This document shows, in pieces, positions 53,480-62,693 of a stretch of 64,000 nt of DNA. The translations under genes were made by a program, and so were the position numbers. Each line of letters starts with the position of its first letter. The stretch's first letter is position 1. The notes beneath the pieces were generated by a model. The model was not told the DNA's origin. It searched no databases and worked only from the letters and a program-made list of their open reading frames with translations. This DNA is from Planctomycetota bacterium (GTDB lineage: Bacteria > Planctomycetota > UBA1135), in NCBI GenBank assembly GCA_004295085.1, contig SHNF01000006.1:287675-351674 (forward strand). The letters are read 5' to 3'.

Positions 53480-54706
53480 TCAACGCATCGCCGGGGGTAC
53501 GTAGCTCTCCAGCTCCGGATTGGCGGGATCCACGCTGCAGCCGGTTTCGGCCGAAAGGTAGGACGCCATCAGGAGCCGCATGACCTCGACGCCGTCGGCG
53601 AAGCCGAGCTCGGGCGGCGTGCCGTCGCGGAAGGCCGTGACGAAGTGGCGGTTCTCGCCCTGGTAGCCGTAGAGCGCGGTCTCGTCGGGCGCGATCGGCA
53701 TCAGGCCCTGCTCGGCGTTCTGCTTCTCGACCAGGTCCTCGCCCGCGGGGCCGGTGACGCGGCGCGAGAGGAAGACTTCCAGGCCGGTGCGGGACAGGTC
53801 GGCGCGCAGGGAGTACTCGGGGCCGAGCAGCTCGAAGGTGTGCTTGAGGCCGGCACTGACGTAAGACCAGGAGGAGGACGTCTCGGTGAGGATCTCCTGT
53901 CCGGCGGCGGTGCGCCAGATGACGGTGGCGCGCGCGAAGTCCTCGGTCTTCTCCTTTGCCATGTCCACGGCGCCGTCCGTGCGCTCGCGCAGCTCCTTGG
54001 CGAAGCGCAGCTGCGCCCATTTCAGGCGCGCGGTGGTGGCGAGCACCGCGGTGGGAGTGAGCGAGCTGCGCGGCGCGCCGGGCTCGGTGAGCAGCCAGCG
54101 CGCGGCCTCGAGGCTGTGGCACATCATGTCCAGGAGCGTGCCGCCGCCGCTGCGCCGCCCTTGCCAGAACCAGGGCATGTGCGGGCCGCCGTGCTCCTCC
54201 GCGGCGCGTGCAATGTAGGGGCGGCCGGCCAGCGGCACGGCGCGCCGCCAGATGACTTCCTTGCCGCGGCGCAGGTGCGGCGCGAACACCATGTCCTCCA
54301 GGTAGCCGGTGGGAACGCCGATGGCGGCGGCGATGGCGGCCAGGCGCCGAGCTTCGGCCAGGGTCCGGCCGAGAGGCTTCTCGCAGGCGATGCCGCGCAG
54401 CGGGGCGGCGCGGCGGGCGTTGCCGCGCGCGACGGCTTCCAGCACCGGGATGCGGGTGTCGTTGGGCGTGCACAGCCACAGCGCGTCCAGCGCCGGGTCG
54501 GCGGCCATGGACTCGGCGTCGGCGAAGACCCGGGGCGCGCCGACGTCGACTTCGCGAGCGAGGTCCGCCGCCTCCTGCGCCACCTTGCGGGTGCGGCTGG
54601 CGACGCCGGCCACTTCCACGCCGCGCACGGCGGTGAGCGAGTGGATGTGGAAGCGGGTGATGAAGCCGCCGCCCACGAAGCCGACGCGCAGGGAGGTTTC
54701 TGTCAT
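53480..54706 (-). CDS. Gfo/Idh/MocA family oxidoreductase (cytoplasmic)
   Basis: LRVGFVGGGFITRFH, GIACEKPL, and the C-terminal alpha/beta dimerisation domain. Confidence 0.9.
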   Translation of the reverse strand: MTETSLRVGFVGGGFITRFHIHSLTAVRGVEVAGVASRTRKVAQEAADLAREVDVGAPRVFADAESMAADPALDALWLCTPNDTRIPVLEAVARGNARRAAPLRGIACEKPLGRTLAEARRLAAIAAAIGVPTGYLEDMVFAPHLRRGKEVIWRRAVPLAGRPYIARAAEEHGGPHMPWFWQGRRSGGGTLLDMMCHSLEAARWLLTEPGAPRSSLTPTAVLATTARLKWAQLRFAKELRERTDGAVDMAKEKTEDFARATVIWRTAAGQEILTETSSSWSYVSAGLKHTFELLGPEYSLRADLSRTGLEVFLSRRVTGPAGEDLVEKQNAEQGLMPIAPDETALYGYQGENRHFVTAFRDGTPPELGFADGVEVMRLLMASYLSAETGCSVDPANPELESYVPPAMR

Positions 54707-54760
54707 CCGGTGACCGGGCGGCGCATCCTACGTGCGCCGCAGGACCGTAGAATCCCGGCG

Positions 54761-55408
54761 ATGACGGGGCTGCCGTCCGCGGACCGGAGCCACCCCACGC
54801 GGGAAGTCACCCTTTCCATCGTGGGGCGCGCGCAGCAGGGGGACGCGCAGGCCGCGGATGACCTGGTGCGGCGCATGACCGGGCGCGTCTACGGCCTGAT
54901 CCTGTTGTACATGGGGCCGCAGGTGCACCGGCGCTGCGAGCCGGAGGACGTGCTCCAGGAGGTCTGGATCGAGGCGCTGGGCCACCTGGACAGCTTCGAC
55001 TGCGCCCGCGGCAGCTCCTTCGGGGCCTGGATCGGCACCATCGTGCGGCGCAAGCTGGGCCGCATCGCCGACGGCAAGCCGCTGCCCGAAGTCGCGGCGG
55101 GGCTGGCCGGCTCGGCGTCCACGCGCGCCAGCGTGTCGCAGATCCTGCACGGGCGCGACGCGACCACCCCGCCGCAGGCGGCGTCGCAGCGCGAGATGGT
55201 GCAGCGCCTGGTGGCCGCCGTGGCGGCGCTGCCGGGCGAGCAGCGCGAAGCCGCCGCCGCCTACTGGCTGGAGGAGTGCAGCGCCCAGGAGGTGGCGGAT
55301 CGCCTGGGGAAGTCGCGCGCCGCGGTGTACATGCTGCTCATGCGCGTGAGCCGCCTGCTGGCCGCCGAGCTGGAGGACGCCGGACTCAGCGATCCGGCGC
55401 GCTGGTGA
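54761..55408 (+). CDS. ECF-type RNA polymerase sigma factor
   Basis: ATG at 54761 within listed ORF 53306..55408. Region 2 PEDVLQEVWIEALGHLDSFD..SFGAWIGTIVRRKL. Region 4 LPGEQREAAAAYWLEECSAQEVADRLGKSRAAVYMLLMRVSRLL. Confidence 0.85.
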   Translation: MTGLPSADRSHPTREVTLSIVGRAQQGDAQAADDLVRRMTGRVYGLILLYMGPQVHRRCEPEDVLQEVWIEALGHLDSFDCARGSSFGAWIGTIVRRKLGRIADGKPLPEVAAGLAGSASTRASVSQILHGRDATTPPQAASQREMVQRLVAAVAALPGEQREAAAAYWLEECSAQEVADRLGKSRAAVYMLLMRVSRLLAAELEDAGLSDPARW

Positions 55409-55411
55409 GGC

Positions 55412-57955
55412 GTGGATCCCGAGCCCGCGGAGGGGGCCGGCGCGCTGCTGGAGCAGATCCTGGAGGGCGGCATCGCCGACGTGGACGCGTTCCTGGCCGC
55501 CCAGCCGGCGGGGCTGGCGGCGCAGGTGCGCCAGGCGCTGCTCGACTTCCGGCGCCTGGACGGCGGCTTCGGCCCCGGCCTGCGCGGCCCGAGCGCCGCC
55601 GGCGGGGCGGTGCTCGGCGATTTCCGGCTGCTGCGCCAGCTCGGCCGGGGCGGCATGGGCGAGGTGTGGGAGGCCGAGCAGCTGTCGCTGCGCCGGCGCG
55701 TGGCCCTCAAGCTCCTGCGCCCGGAGCAGGTGGCGCTGCCGCAGCGCCTGGCGCGTTTCCGGCGCGAGGCCGAGGCCGGGGCGCGCCTGCGCCATCCGCA
55801 CATCGTGGCCGTGTACGCGGTTGGGGAGCAGGAGGGCGTGCACTACATCGCCGAGGAACTGGTGCCGGGCGGGCGCACGCTCGCCGACGAGCTGGCGGAG
55901 CAGCGCCGCCTGGCGCACGTGTCCGGCGACCACTACGAGCGGCTCGCGCGCCGCCTGCTCGGCATCGCCGAGGCCCTGGTCTACGCGCACGCGCACGGCG
56001 TGCTGCACCGCGACGTCAAGCCTTCCAACATCCTGATGGAGGAGGACGGCCGCCTCAAGATCGGAGATTTCGGCCTGGCGCGCCTGCTGGACGATCCGTC
56101 CCTGTCGCGCACCGGCGAGGTCTCGGGCACGCCGTTCTACATGTCCCCGGAACAGACGCGCGGGCGCCCTCAGGACGTCGGCCCCGGCAGCGACGTGTTC
56201 TCGCTGGGCGCGACCCTGTACGAGGCGCTCACGCTGGCGCGCCCCTTCGACGGCGACACCAGCCACGAGATCCTGGAGAAAATCCGCACGCTCGATCCGC
56301 CGGATCCGCGCCGCTTGCGCGCGCGCGTGCCCGCCGACCTGGCGGTGATCTGCCTGCACGCGCTGGAGAAGGACCCGCGGCGTCGCTACCCCGGCATGGC
56401 GGACCTGGCGGCGGACCTGCAGCGCTTCCTGGCGCACCAGCCGATCCGGGCGCGCCCCCCCGGACCGGTCAGCCGCGCAGCGCGCTGGATGCGGCGGCAC
56501 CCGGTGGTCGCGGTCGGCGGCTCCATCGCCGCGGCCGCGTTCGTGCTGGTGACGGCGCTCCTGCTCGAGAACCGGTCCGCGCGCCGCGCCGCCGAGCAGG
56601 CGGCGGCCGACGCCAGCGTCGAGGCCGAGACCGCGGAGAAGGTCGCCTCCGTGCTGGAGGACCTGTTCCTCAACGCCGCGCCGGGCAAGGTGCCGCAGCA
56701 GGTGAGCGCCGCCGAGCTGCTGGCGCGCGGCGTCGGCGACGTGGAGAAGCTGGCGGCGGAGCCGCGGGTGTACGCGCGCCTGCTGAGCACGCTCAGCCAC
56801 GTGTACTGGGGCATGGAGGCGCTGGAACCGGCGGAGGCGCTGGCGCTGAAGGCGGAGGCGGCCACGCGCTCGGCCCCCGGACCCGGCAGTCCGGAGCACG
56901 GCCAGGCTCTGCTCGACCTCGCGCACGTGCGCCACGCGCAGGACCGCCTGGAGGAAGCCGAAGCCCTGGGGCGCGAGGCGCGCGGCATCCTGCTGCGCAG
57001 CGTCGGCGCCGCCGACCGGCGCAGCGCCCGCGCCGCCAACTTCCTGGGCCAGGTGTTGATCAGCCTGGGACGCGTGCAGGAAGCCGAACAGGTGCTGCGC
57101 GCGCAGGTGGACCTGCCGGCGCGGCAGCTGCCGCCAGCGTGGATCGAGTGGTGCGTGGCGCGCAGCGCGCTCGGCAGCGTCTACCTGGACGCCGGGCGCC
57201 TGCTCGAGGCCGAGCCGCTGCTGCGCGAAGCGCTGGCGGTGGCCGCGGAGCGCCGCGGCCCCGAGGACGACTTCGTCATGGAGCTGCGCCGCGAGCTGGC
57301 CATGCTGGAGCTGCGCCAGGGGCTCGCCGAGCAGGCCGTGCCCGCCCTGGAGGCGGTGCTGGCCTGGAAGGAGCGCCTGTACGGGCGCGACGCGCTCACG
57401 ACCCTGGCCCTGGCCGCCGACCTGGCCGCCGGCTACAGCGCGCTGGGGCGCGCGGACGAGGCCGCCGCCGCCTACCGGCGCGCACTGGACGACCACCTGC
57501 GCGTGCTCGGCCGCGAGCACCGCGAGAGCCTGCGCCTGACCATCAATTACGTCAGCTTCTGCCTCAGCCACGACGACCTGGACAGCGCGCGGGAGCTGCT
57601 GGCGGATCTGCCGGAGCGGGTGGACGCAGCGTATCCGGACGACGTCTCCACGATCTGGCACGTGCGCTTCCAGGTGGCCTACGTGCTCCTGCTCGACCAG
57701 CCCGACGAGGGCCTGCGCCGGTTCGAGGAGCTCCTGCCGCAGATGCGCGCGAAGCTGGGCGCCCACCACGAGATCGTGGTGCGCGCCGCCTGCCTGCTGG
57801 CCACCGAGTACGCGGACCGCGGCCGCGGCGGCGCGGCCGAGGCGCTGCTGGTGGAGACCCTGGAGGCGGCGCGCGCGCAGCGCGGGAAGGACGACCGGCT
57901 CACGCGCTCGGTCGCCGAGATCCTGGCGGAGCTGCGCGGCGCGGCGGTCGAGTAG
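55412..57955 (+). CDS. membrane Ser/Thr protein kinase with a C-terminal TPR-repeat domain
   Basis: GRGGMGEVWEA..VALK, HRDVKPSNIL, GDFGLAR, GTPFYMSPEQ. TM VAVGGSIAAAAFVLVTALLL. TPR-like repeats to the end. It starts 3 nt after the sigma gene stop. Confidence 0.9.
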   Translation: MDPEPAEGAGALLEQILEGGIADVDAFLAAQPAGLAAQVRQALLDFRRLDGGFGPGLRGPSAAGGAVLGDFRLLRQLGRGGMGEVWEAEQLSLRRRVALKLLRPEQVALPQRLARFRREAEAGARLRHPHIVAVYAVGEQEGVHYIAEELVPGGRTLADELAEQRRLAHVSGDHYERLARRLLGIAEALVYAHAHGVLHRDVKPSNILMEEDGRLKIGDFGLARLLDDPSLSRTGEVSGTPFYMSPEQTRGRPQDVGPGSDVFSLGATLYEALTLARPFDGDTSHEILEKIRTLDPPDPRRLRARVPADLAVICLHALEKDPRRRYPGMADLAADLQRFLAHQPIRARPPGPVSRAARWMRRHPVVAVGGSIAAAAFVLVTALLLENRSARRAAEQAAADASVEAETAEKVASVLEDLFLNAAPGKVPQQVSAAELLARGVGDVEKLAAEPRVYARLLSTLSHVYWGMEALEPAEALALKAEAATRSAPGPGSPEHGQALLDLAHVRHAQDRLEEAEALGREARGILLRSVGAADRRSARAANFLGQVLISLGRVQEAEQVLRAQVDLPARQLPPAWIEWCVARSALGSVYLDAGRLLEAEPLLREALAVAAERRGPEDDFVMELRRELAMLELRQGLAEQAVPALEAVLAWKERLYGRDALTTLALAADLAAGYSALGRADEAAAAYRRALDDHLRVLGREHRESLRLTINYVSFCLSHDDLDSARELLADLPERVDAAYPDDVSTIWHVRFQVAYVLLLDQPDEGLRRFEELLPQMRAKLGAHHEIVVRAACLLATEYADRGRGGAAEALLVETLEAARAQRGKDDRLTRSVAEILAELRGAAVE

Positions 57956-57976
57956 GCCTGGCGGTCGAGTAGGCCT
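57943..57976. repeat. perfect 17-bp tandem duplication GGCGGTCGAGTAGGCCT x2 at a convergent gene junction
   Basis: Copy 1 (57943-57959) contains the kinase stop TAG (57953-57955). Copy 2 (57960-57976) reaches the stop of the convergent peptidase gene (57975-57977). Confidence 0.9.
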
Positions 57977-60119
57977 AGCCCTCCAGCCGGACCCCCAGCT
58001 CGCGCACCAGGAAGCCCCACAGGTCGGCCCATTCGGCGATGGACTTGCTGATCGGCTTGCCGGCGCCGTGGCCGGCGCGCGTGTCGATGCGGATCAGGAC
58101 CGGCTCCGGCCCGCCCTGGGCCGCCTGCAGCGCCGCCGCGAACTTGAAGGAGTGCGCCGGCACCACCCGATCATCATGATCGGCGGTGGTGATCAGCGTG
58201 GCCGGGTAATGCGCGCCCGGCTTCAGGTTGTGCAGAGGCGAGTACGCGTACAGGCTGGCGAACTGCTCCGGATCGTCGCTGGTGCCGTAGTCGCTGGCCC
58301 AGGCCCAGCCGATGGTGAACCTGTGATAGCGCAGCATGTCGAGCACGCCGACCCCCGGCAGCGCCGCGCCGAACAGGTCGGGCCGCTGCGTGATGCAGGC
58401 GCCGACCAGCAGCCCGCCGTTGCTGCGCCCGCCGATCGCCAGCTTGTCCGGCGCCGTCCACTTCTCCGCAACCAGCCATTCGGCCGCGGCGATGAAGTCG
58501 TCGAAAACGTTCTGCTTGTTATGGACCGTGCCGGCCTGGTGCCATTCCTCGCCGAACTCGCCGCCGCCGCGCAGGTTCGCCACAGCGAGCAGGCCGCCCA
58601 TCTCCAGCCACACCGCGTTGGGCACGCTGAACGTGGGTGTGATGGCGACGTTGAAGCCGCCGTAGCCGTACAGATAGGTTGGATTGCGCCCGTTCCTCTG
58701 CAGTCCTTTCTTGTGCACAAGGTACATCGGCACCCTGGTCCCGTCCTTGCTCGTGTACCACACCTGCTCGGTCACGTACTCCGCGGCATCGAAGTCCAGC
58801 TCCGGCGTGCGGAAAGGCCCGTCGGCGCGGGTATCGAGGTTGGCGGTGAAGATGCGCTCCGGGGCCGTGAACGAGGCGTAGGAGTAGAAGATCTGCGGGT
58901 CCGCGTGCCGCCCGGAGATGCCGGTGACCGTGACCGGCTCGGTGAAGGCGAACCAGCGCGTCATGCCGCCGTCCAGGTCGTGCAAGGTGACCCGGCTGTG
59001 GGCATCCTGCAGCCAGTGGCACAGCAGCATGCCGCCGCACAGGCGGACGCCGCGCAAGGTGTCCGCCGACTGCGGCACGATCTCCTTCCAGTGCGCCGGC
59101 TCCGGGTGATTCGCGTCCACGGCGATGACGCGCCCGCGCGGGGCGGCATTGTCGCTGCGGAAGTACAAGGTCGAGCCCTCGGTGCCCGCCAGCTCGTAGG
59201 ACGCGTCGAACTCGTTGAGGAGCGGAGTGAGCGCCGCCGGCGTCTGCACCGGCGCCATCCACCAGCGCGAGCGCGGATCCGTGCCCTCTCCCACCTGCAC
59301 CAGCAGCCGCTGGCCGTCGTCGCTCACGTACGGCTGGAACTCCCACTTCGGGTGCTCCGGATCCTTCCACACCAGCACGTCGCGCTCCTGCGGCTGGCCC
59401 AGCGCATGGAAGTACAGCTCCTGATTCTCATTGACCGCGGTCAGCCTGTCGCCGCCGGGCGGCGCCGGGTAGCGCGCATAGAAGAAGCCGGACCCGTCCT
59501 GCTTCCAGGCCACGCCGACGAACTTGATCCAGGTGAGATGGTCGCCGGTGGGCTGGCCCGTATCCGCGTCCAGCACGTACCAGTCGGTCCAGTCGCTGCC
59601 GCCGTCGGCCAGCGCGTAGGCCACGTAGCGCCCGTCCTCGCTCGGCTCCCACGGGCCGAGCGCAATGGTTCCGTCCGCCGACAGCGCGTTGGGATCGAGC
59701 AGCACCCGCGCCGGGGCTCCGGGATCCTCCACGTACAGCACCGACTGGTTCTGCAGGCCGTCGTTGCGCGTGTAGAACAGCCGTTCCCCGCGTTTCTGCG
59801 GCAGCCCGAAGCGCTCGTAGTCCCACAGCGCGGTCAATCGCGCGCGGATGGCGTCGCGCTCCGGGATCGCCTCGAGATACGCGCCGGTGAGCGCGTTCTC
59901 AGCCTCGATCCAGGCGCGCGTCTCCGGCGCGTCCGGGTCCTCCAGCGGCCGGTAAGCATCCGCCACGCGCACGCCGTGGTACACGTCCACCGTGTCGTTG
60001 CGCGGCGCCTCCGGGTAGGCCGGCCGGGAGGCGTTGCGATCGGGCGCGAGCGCGCAGGCGGCCAGGACCGCCGCCAGCGTCACCGCGACAGCCGGGAAAC
60101 GGAGTGAGGAGGGTCGCAA
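57975..60119 (-). CDS. prolyl oligopeptidase (S9A family serine peptidase), secreted
   Basis: Signal peptide. N-terminal beta-propeller region (YHGVRVADAYRPLED). Catalytic domain with GGRSNGGLLVG, ADHDDRVVPAHSFKF, RAGHGAGKP. Confidence 0.95.
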   Translation of the reverse strand: MRPSSLRFPAVAVTLAAVLAACALAPDRNASRPAYPEAPRNDTVDVYHGVRVADAYRPLEDPDAPETRAWIEAENALTGAYLEAIPERDAIRARLTALWDYERFGLPQKRGERLFYTRNDGLQNQSVLYVEDPGAPARVLLDPNALSADGTIALGPWEPSEDGRYVAYALADGGSDWTDWYVLDADTGQPTGDHLTWIKFVGVAWKQDGSGFFYARYPAPPGGDRLTAVNENQELYFHALGQPQERDVLVWKDPEHPKWEFQPYVSDDGQRLLVQVGEGTDPRSRWWMAPVQTPAALTPLLNEFDASYELAGTEGSTLYFRSDNAAPRGRVIAVDANHPEPAHWKEIVPQSADTLRGVRLCGGMLLCHWLQDAHSRVTLHDLDGGMTRWFAFTEPVTVTGISGRHADPQIFYSYASFTAPERIFTANLDTRADGPFRTPELDFDAAEYVTEQVWYTSKDGTRVPMYLVHKKGLQRNGRNPTYLYGYGGFNVAITPTFSVPNAVWLEMGGLLAVANLRGGGEFGEEWHQAGTVHNKQNVFDDFIAAAEWLVAEKWTAPDKLAIGGRSNGGLLVGACITQRPDLFGAALPGVGVLDMLRYHRFTIGWAWASDYGTSDDPEQFASLYAYSPLHNLKPGAHYPATLITTADHDDRVVPAHSFKFAAALQAAQGGPEPVLIRIDTRAGHGAGKPISKSIAEWADLWGFLVRELGVRLEG

Positions 60120-60147
60120 GACCCGGAATCCTAGCGATCCCCGGCGG

Positions 60148-60501
60148 CTAGGCGGTGCTGGATCGAGCGTGCCAGCGCTTCTTCCAGCGGTCGAACATCT
60201 CCTTGCCCTTCTTCTTGGTGCGCCGCAGCCACAGCCGCACCCGATAGGGGAGCTTGCGCTCGCCGCTGTTGATCCAGCGCCGCACGCTGTTGCTGGACAT
60301 GCTGAGCAGGGTCAAGCCCACGAAATAGAAGGGGATCCCGGTGACCACGGGCACCAGCCAGCCGAGGAAGCCGAGCGCGATGAAGAAAATCCCGAGCACG
60401 ATGTAGAGGGCGCGCCGCCACACCGGCAGCTTCTTGCGGCGCGGAGCCAGCAGCTCGGGCAGATCTTCCTCGCGGGGCGGGCCGGGGGCCATCTCTTGCA
60501 T
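60148..60501 (-). CDS. small two-TM membrane protein (PGPGW-like)
   Basis: ALYIVLGIFFIALGFLGWLVPVVTGIPFYFVGLTLL, followed by a Lys/Arg-rich tail. Confidence 0.6.
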   Translation of the reverse strand: MQEMAPGPPREEDLPELLAPRRKKLPVWRRALYIVLGIFFIALGFLGWLVPVVTGIPFYFVGLTLLSMSSNSVRRWINSGERKLPYRVRLWLRRTKKKGKEMFDRWKKRWHARSSTA

Positions 60502-60691
60502 CTACGCCGAGCCCGCCTCGGCTGTCCCGAATCTCCACCCGTCGAAACCGCTGCCCGGAAGCCTTGTCGCTACCGTGAGGAGGCTCCCATGGCCGAGCCT
60601 CTCACCGCCAACGCCGCCCGCCGCGGATCTCAGGCCCGTTCCCGCGCCGCGACATGCTCGCCTCCACCGCGGGCTGCGCTACCTTGACCCG

Positions 60692-62326
60692 ATGCTGGGC
60701 CGCCGGTGGATGCTCTGCTGCGTGCTGGCGGCGGCCGGCTGCTCGGAACCCCAAGTGCGCCCGCTCCCGCCGCCGCCCCTGACCATCCCGGAACGGACGC
60801 AGTACATGGCCACCAGCTCGCACGCCGACGTGCTGGCCTTCCTGGACGCGCTGGCGGCGGCCGGCGACCCGCGGGTGGTGCGCAGTTCCTTCGGAACGAC
60901 GCCGGAAGGCCGCGACCAGCCGCTCATGATCGTCGCCGACCCGCCGCTGCACAGCGCCGCGGAGGCGCGCAAGTCCGGCAGGATCCGCGTGTTCGTGATG
61001 GCGAACATCCACGCCGGCGAGGTGGAGGGCAAGGAGGCCTGCCTGGAGCTGCTGCGCGACCTGGTCTACAACGACGGGCGGCCGCCGTATCCGCTCGAGA
61101 AGGTCGTGTTCCTGTGCGCGCCGATCTACAACGCCGACGGCAACGAGCGCGTGGGGCCCAAGAACCGGCCGCTGCAGAACGGACCGCGCGCGATGGGCGT
61201 GCGCGAGACCGCCAAGGGCCTGGACCTCAACCGCGACTACCTGAAGCTTGAGAACCTGGAGACGCGGAGCCTGGTGCGCCTCCTCAACGAGTGGGATCCG
61301 CACGTGGTCGTGGACCTGCACACCACCAACGGCAGCGCGCACGGCTACGAGCTGACCTACGCCCCGGCGCTGACGCCCTCGGCGCATCCGCTCCTGCTCG
61401 GCGCCAGCGAGCGCGACTGGCTCCCGACCCTGCGCAAGCGCATGCGCGAGCGCCATGGCTTCGAGACCTTCGACTACGGCAACTTCATCCCGGCCGACCA
61501 GAGCGACTGGTTCACCGACGATCCGCAGCGGAGCGTGCGCGGCTGGGAGACCTTCGACCACCGGCCGCGCTTCGGCAACAACTACGTAGGCCTGCGCAAC
61601 CGCATCGCCATCCTGAGCGAAGCGTACTCGTACGCCGACTTCCAGACCCGCATCGCCGCCACCAAGGCCTTCGTGCTGGAGATCCTGCGGCTGGCGGCCG
61701 AGCGCGGCGAGCAGACGCTGCGCCTGCTGCAGCGCCTGGACAACGACACGGCGGTCCTGGCCGGCAACGGCCAGCTCGTGCAGGCCACTTCCGTGCATCT
61801 GGTGGACCGCGGCGGCCCGGAGGAACTGCTCCTGCGCGGCTTCGAGACGGTCCAGGATCCGGCGACCGGCGCGGAGTGCCGGGTGGCCTCCGGCCCGCGC
61901 ACCGCCATCCAGGTGCCCTGTTTCGTCAAGTACGCGCCTGCCGGCACGCGCACCGCCCCGCGCGCCTACCTGCTGCCGCCGGACCAGGCCGGCATCATCG
62001 ATCTGGTGCGCGCCCACGGCATCCGTGTGGACGTGCTGGAGCACGAGCAAGCCTGCCCCGTCGAAGTGCACCGCGTGCGCGCCGCGCGCGCCGCCGAGCG
62101 CGCGTTCCAGGGACATCGCGGCCGCAGCGTGGACTGGGAGCTGCGCACCGAAGAGCGCCGCTTCCCCGTGGGCTCGTTTCACGTGCCCATGAACCAGCCC
62201 CTGGCGCGGCTGGTCTTCCACGTGCTGGATCCGCAGGCCGACGACGGCTTGGTGCACTGGAATTTCTTCGACGCGGTCCTGGATCGCGGCACCGGAGCCG
62301 AGGTACCCGTGTACGGGTTGCGGTGA
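60692..62326 (+). CDS. M14 family zinc carboxypeptidase, lipoprotein
   Basis: ATG at 60692. Lipobox LAAAGC. Zinc/substrate motifs ANIHAGEVEGKE, LDLNRDY, VVDLHTTNGS. Confidence 0.85.
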   Translation: MLGRRWMLCCVLAAAGCSEPQVRPLPPPPLTIPERTQYMATSSHADVLAFLDALAAAGDPRVVRSSFGTTPEGRDQPLMIVADPPLHSAAEARKSGRIRVFVMANIHAGEVEGKEACLELLRDLVYNDGRPPYPLEKVVFLCAPIYNADGNERVGPKNRPLQNGPRAMGVRETAKGLDLNRDYLKLENLETRSLVRLLNEWDPHVVVDLHTTNGSAHGYELTYAPALTPSAHPLLLGASERDWLPTLRKRMRERHGFETFDYGNFIPADQSDWFTDDPQRSVRGWETFDHRPRFGNNYVGLRNRIAILSEAYSYADFQTRIAATKAFVLEILRLAAERGEQTLRLLQRLDNDTAVLAGNGQLVQATSVHLVDRGGPEELLLRGFETVQDPATGAECRVASGPRTAIQVPCFVKYAPAGTRTAPRAYLLPPDQAGIIDLVRAHGIRVDVLEHEQACPVEVHRVRAARAAERAFQGHRGRSVDWELRTEERRFPVGSFHVPMNQPLARLVFHVLDPQADDGLVHWNFFDAVLDRGTGAEVPVYGLR

Positions 62327-62693
62327 CGCCATGCGCGCCAGGACCGTGAACGGAGCGAGCCGGCCCGGGGCCTCCCGGCCGGAGCACGCGCCGGGACTCT
62401 TGCGGCGGGAATGCGCCTGCGGCGGCTCGATGGCACTCTCTTGTTCGTGCACGGCCCGCGCCTGAAGTTCTGCACGGATTCCGACCTGCTGCTGGACGGA
62501 CGGGAGCGCCTGTTCGCGCCGGCGCGATGGCACGACAGGCGCAGGTTGGCGCGAAGAGAGGCGTGACCAGGGGGTGGTCGAATGCACGATCAGCGTTCCC
62601 GTGGCCAGGAACCGCCTGTCCATGGGCTCCAGGGACACGACGCTGCGCCTCGGCGTGGAATTCACGCCGTGAGCGGACTGCGCGGGCAGCGCC

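Noticed and set aside
54728-57769. 1013-aa minus-strand ORF, and the 898-aa plus-strand ORF 55276..57972
   Set aside because: Both overlap the ECF sigma and kinase genes in other frames or on the other strand, and both have junk composition. The frame beginning at 55412 carries all the kinase motifs.
62332-62672. Open frame with an internal TGA (…CSCTARA-TGA-SSARIPTCCW…) that could mimic a third selenoprotein
   Set aside because: The translation is Arg/Cys/Gly-rich with no fold-like pattern. There is no redox motif around the TGA and no convincing hairpin immediately downstream. I treat it as chance.
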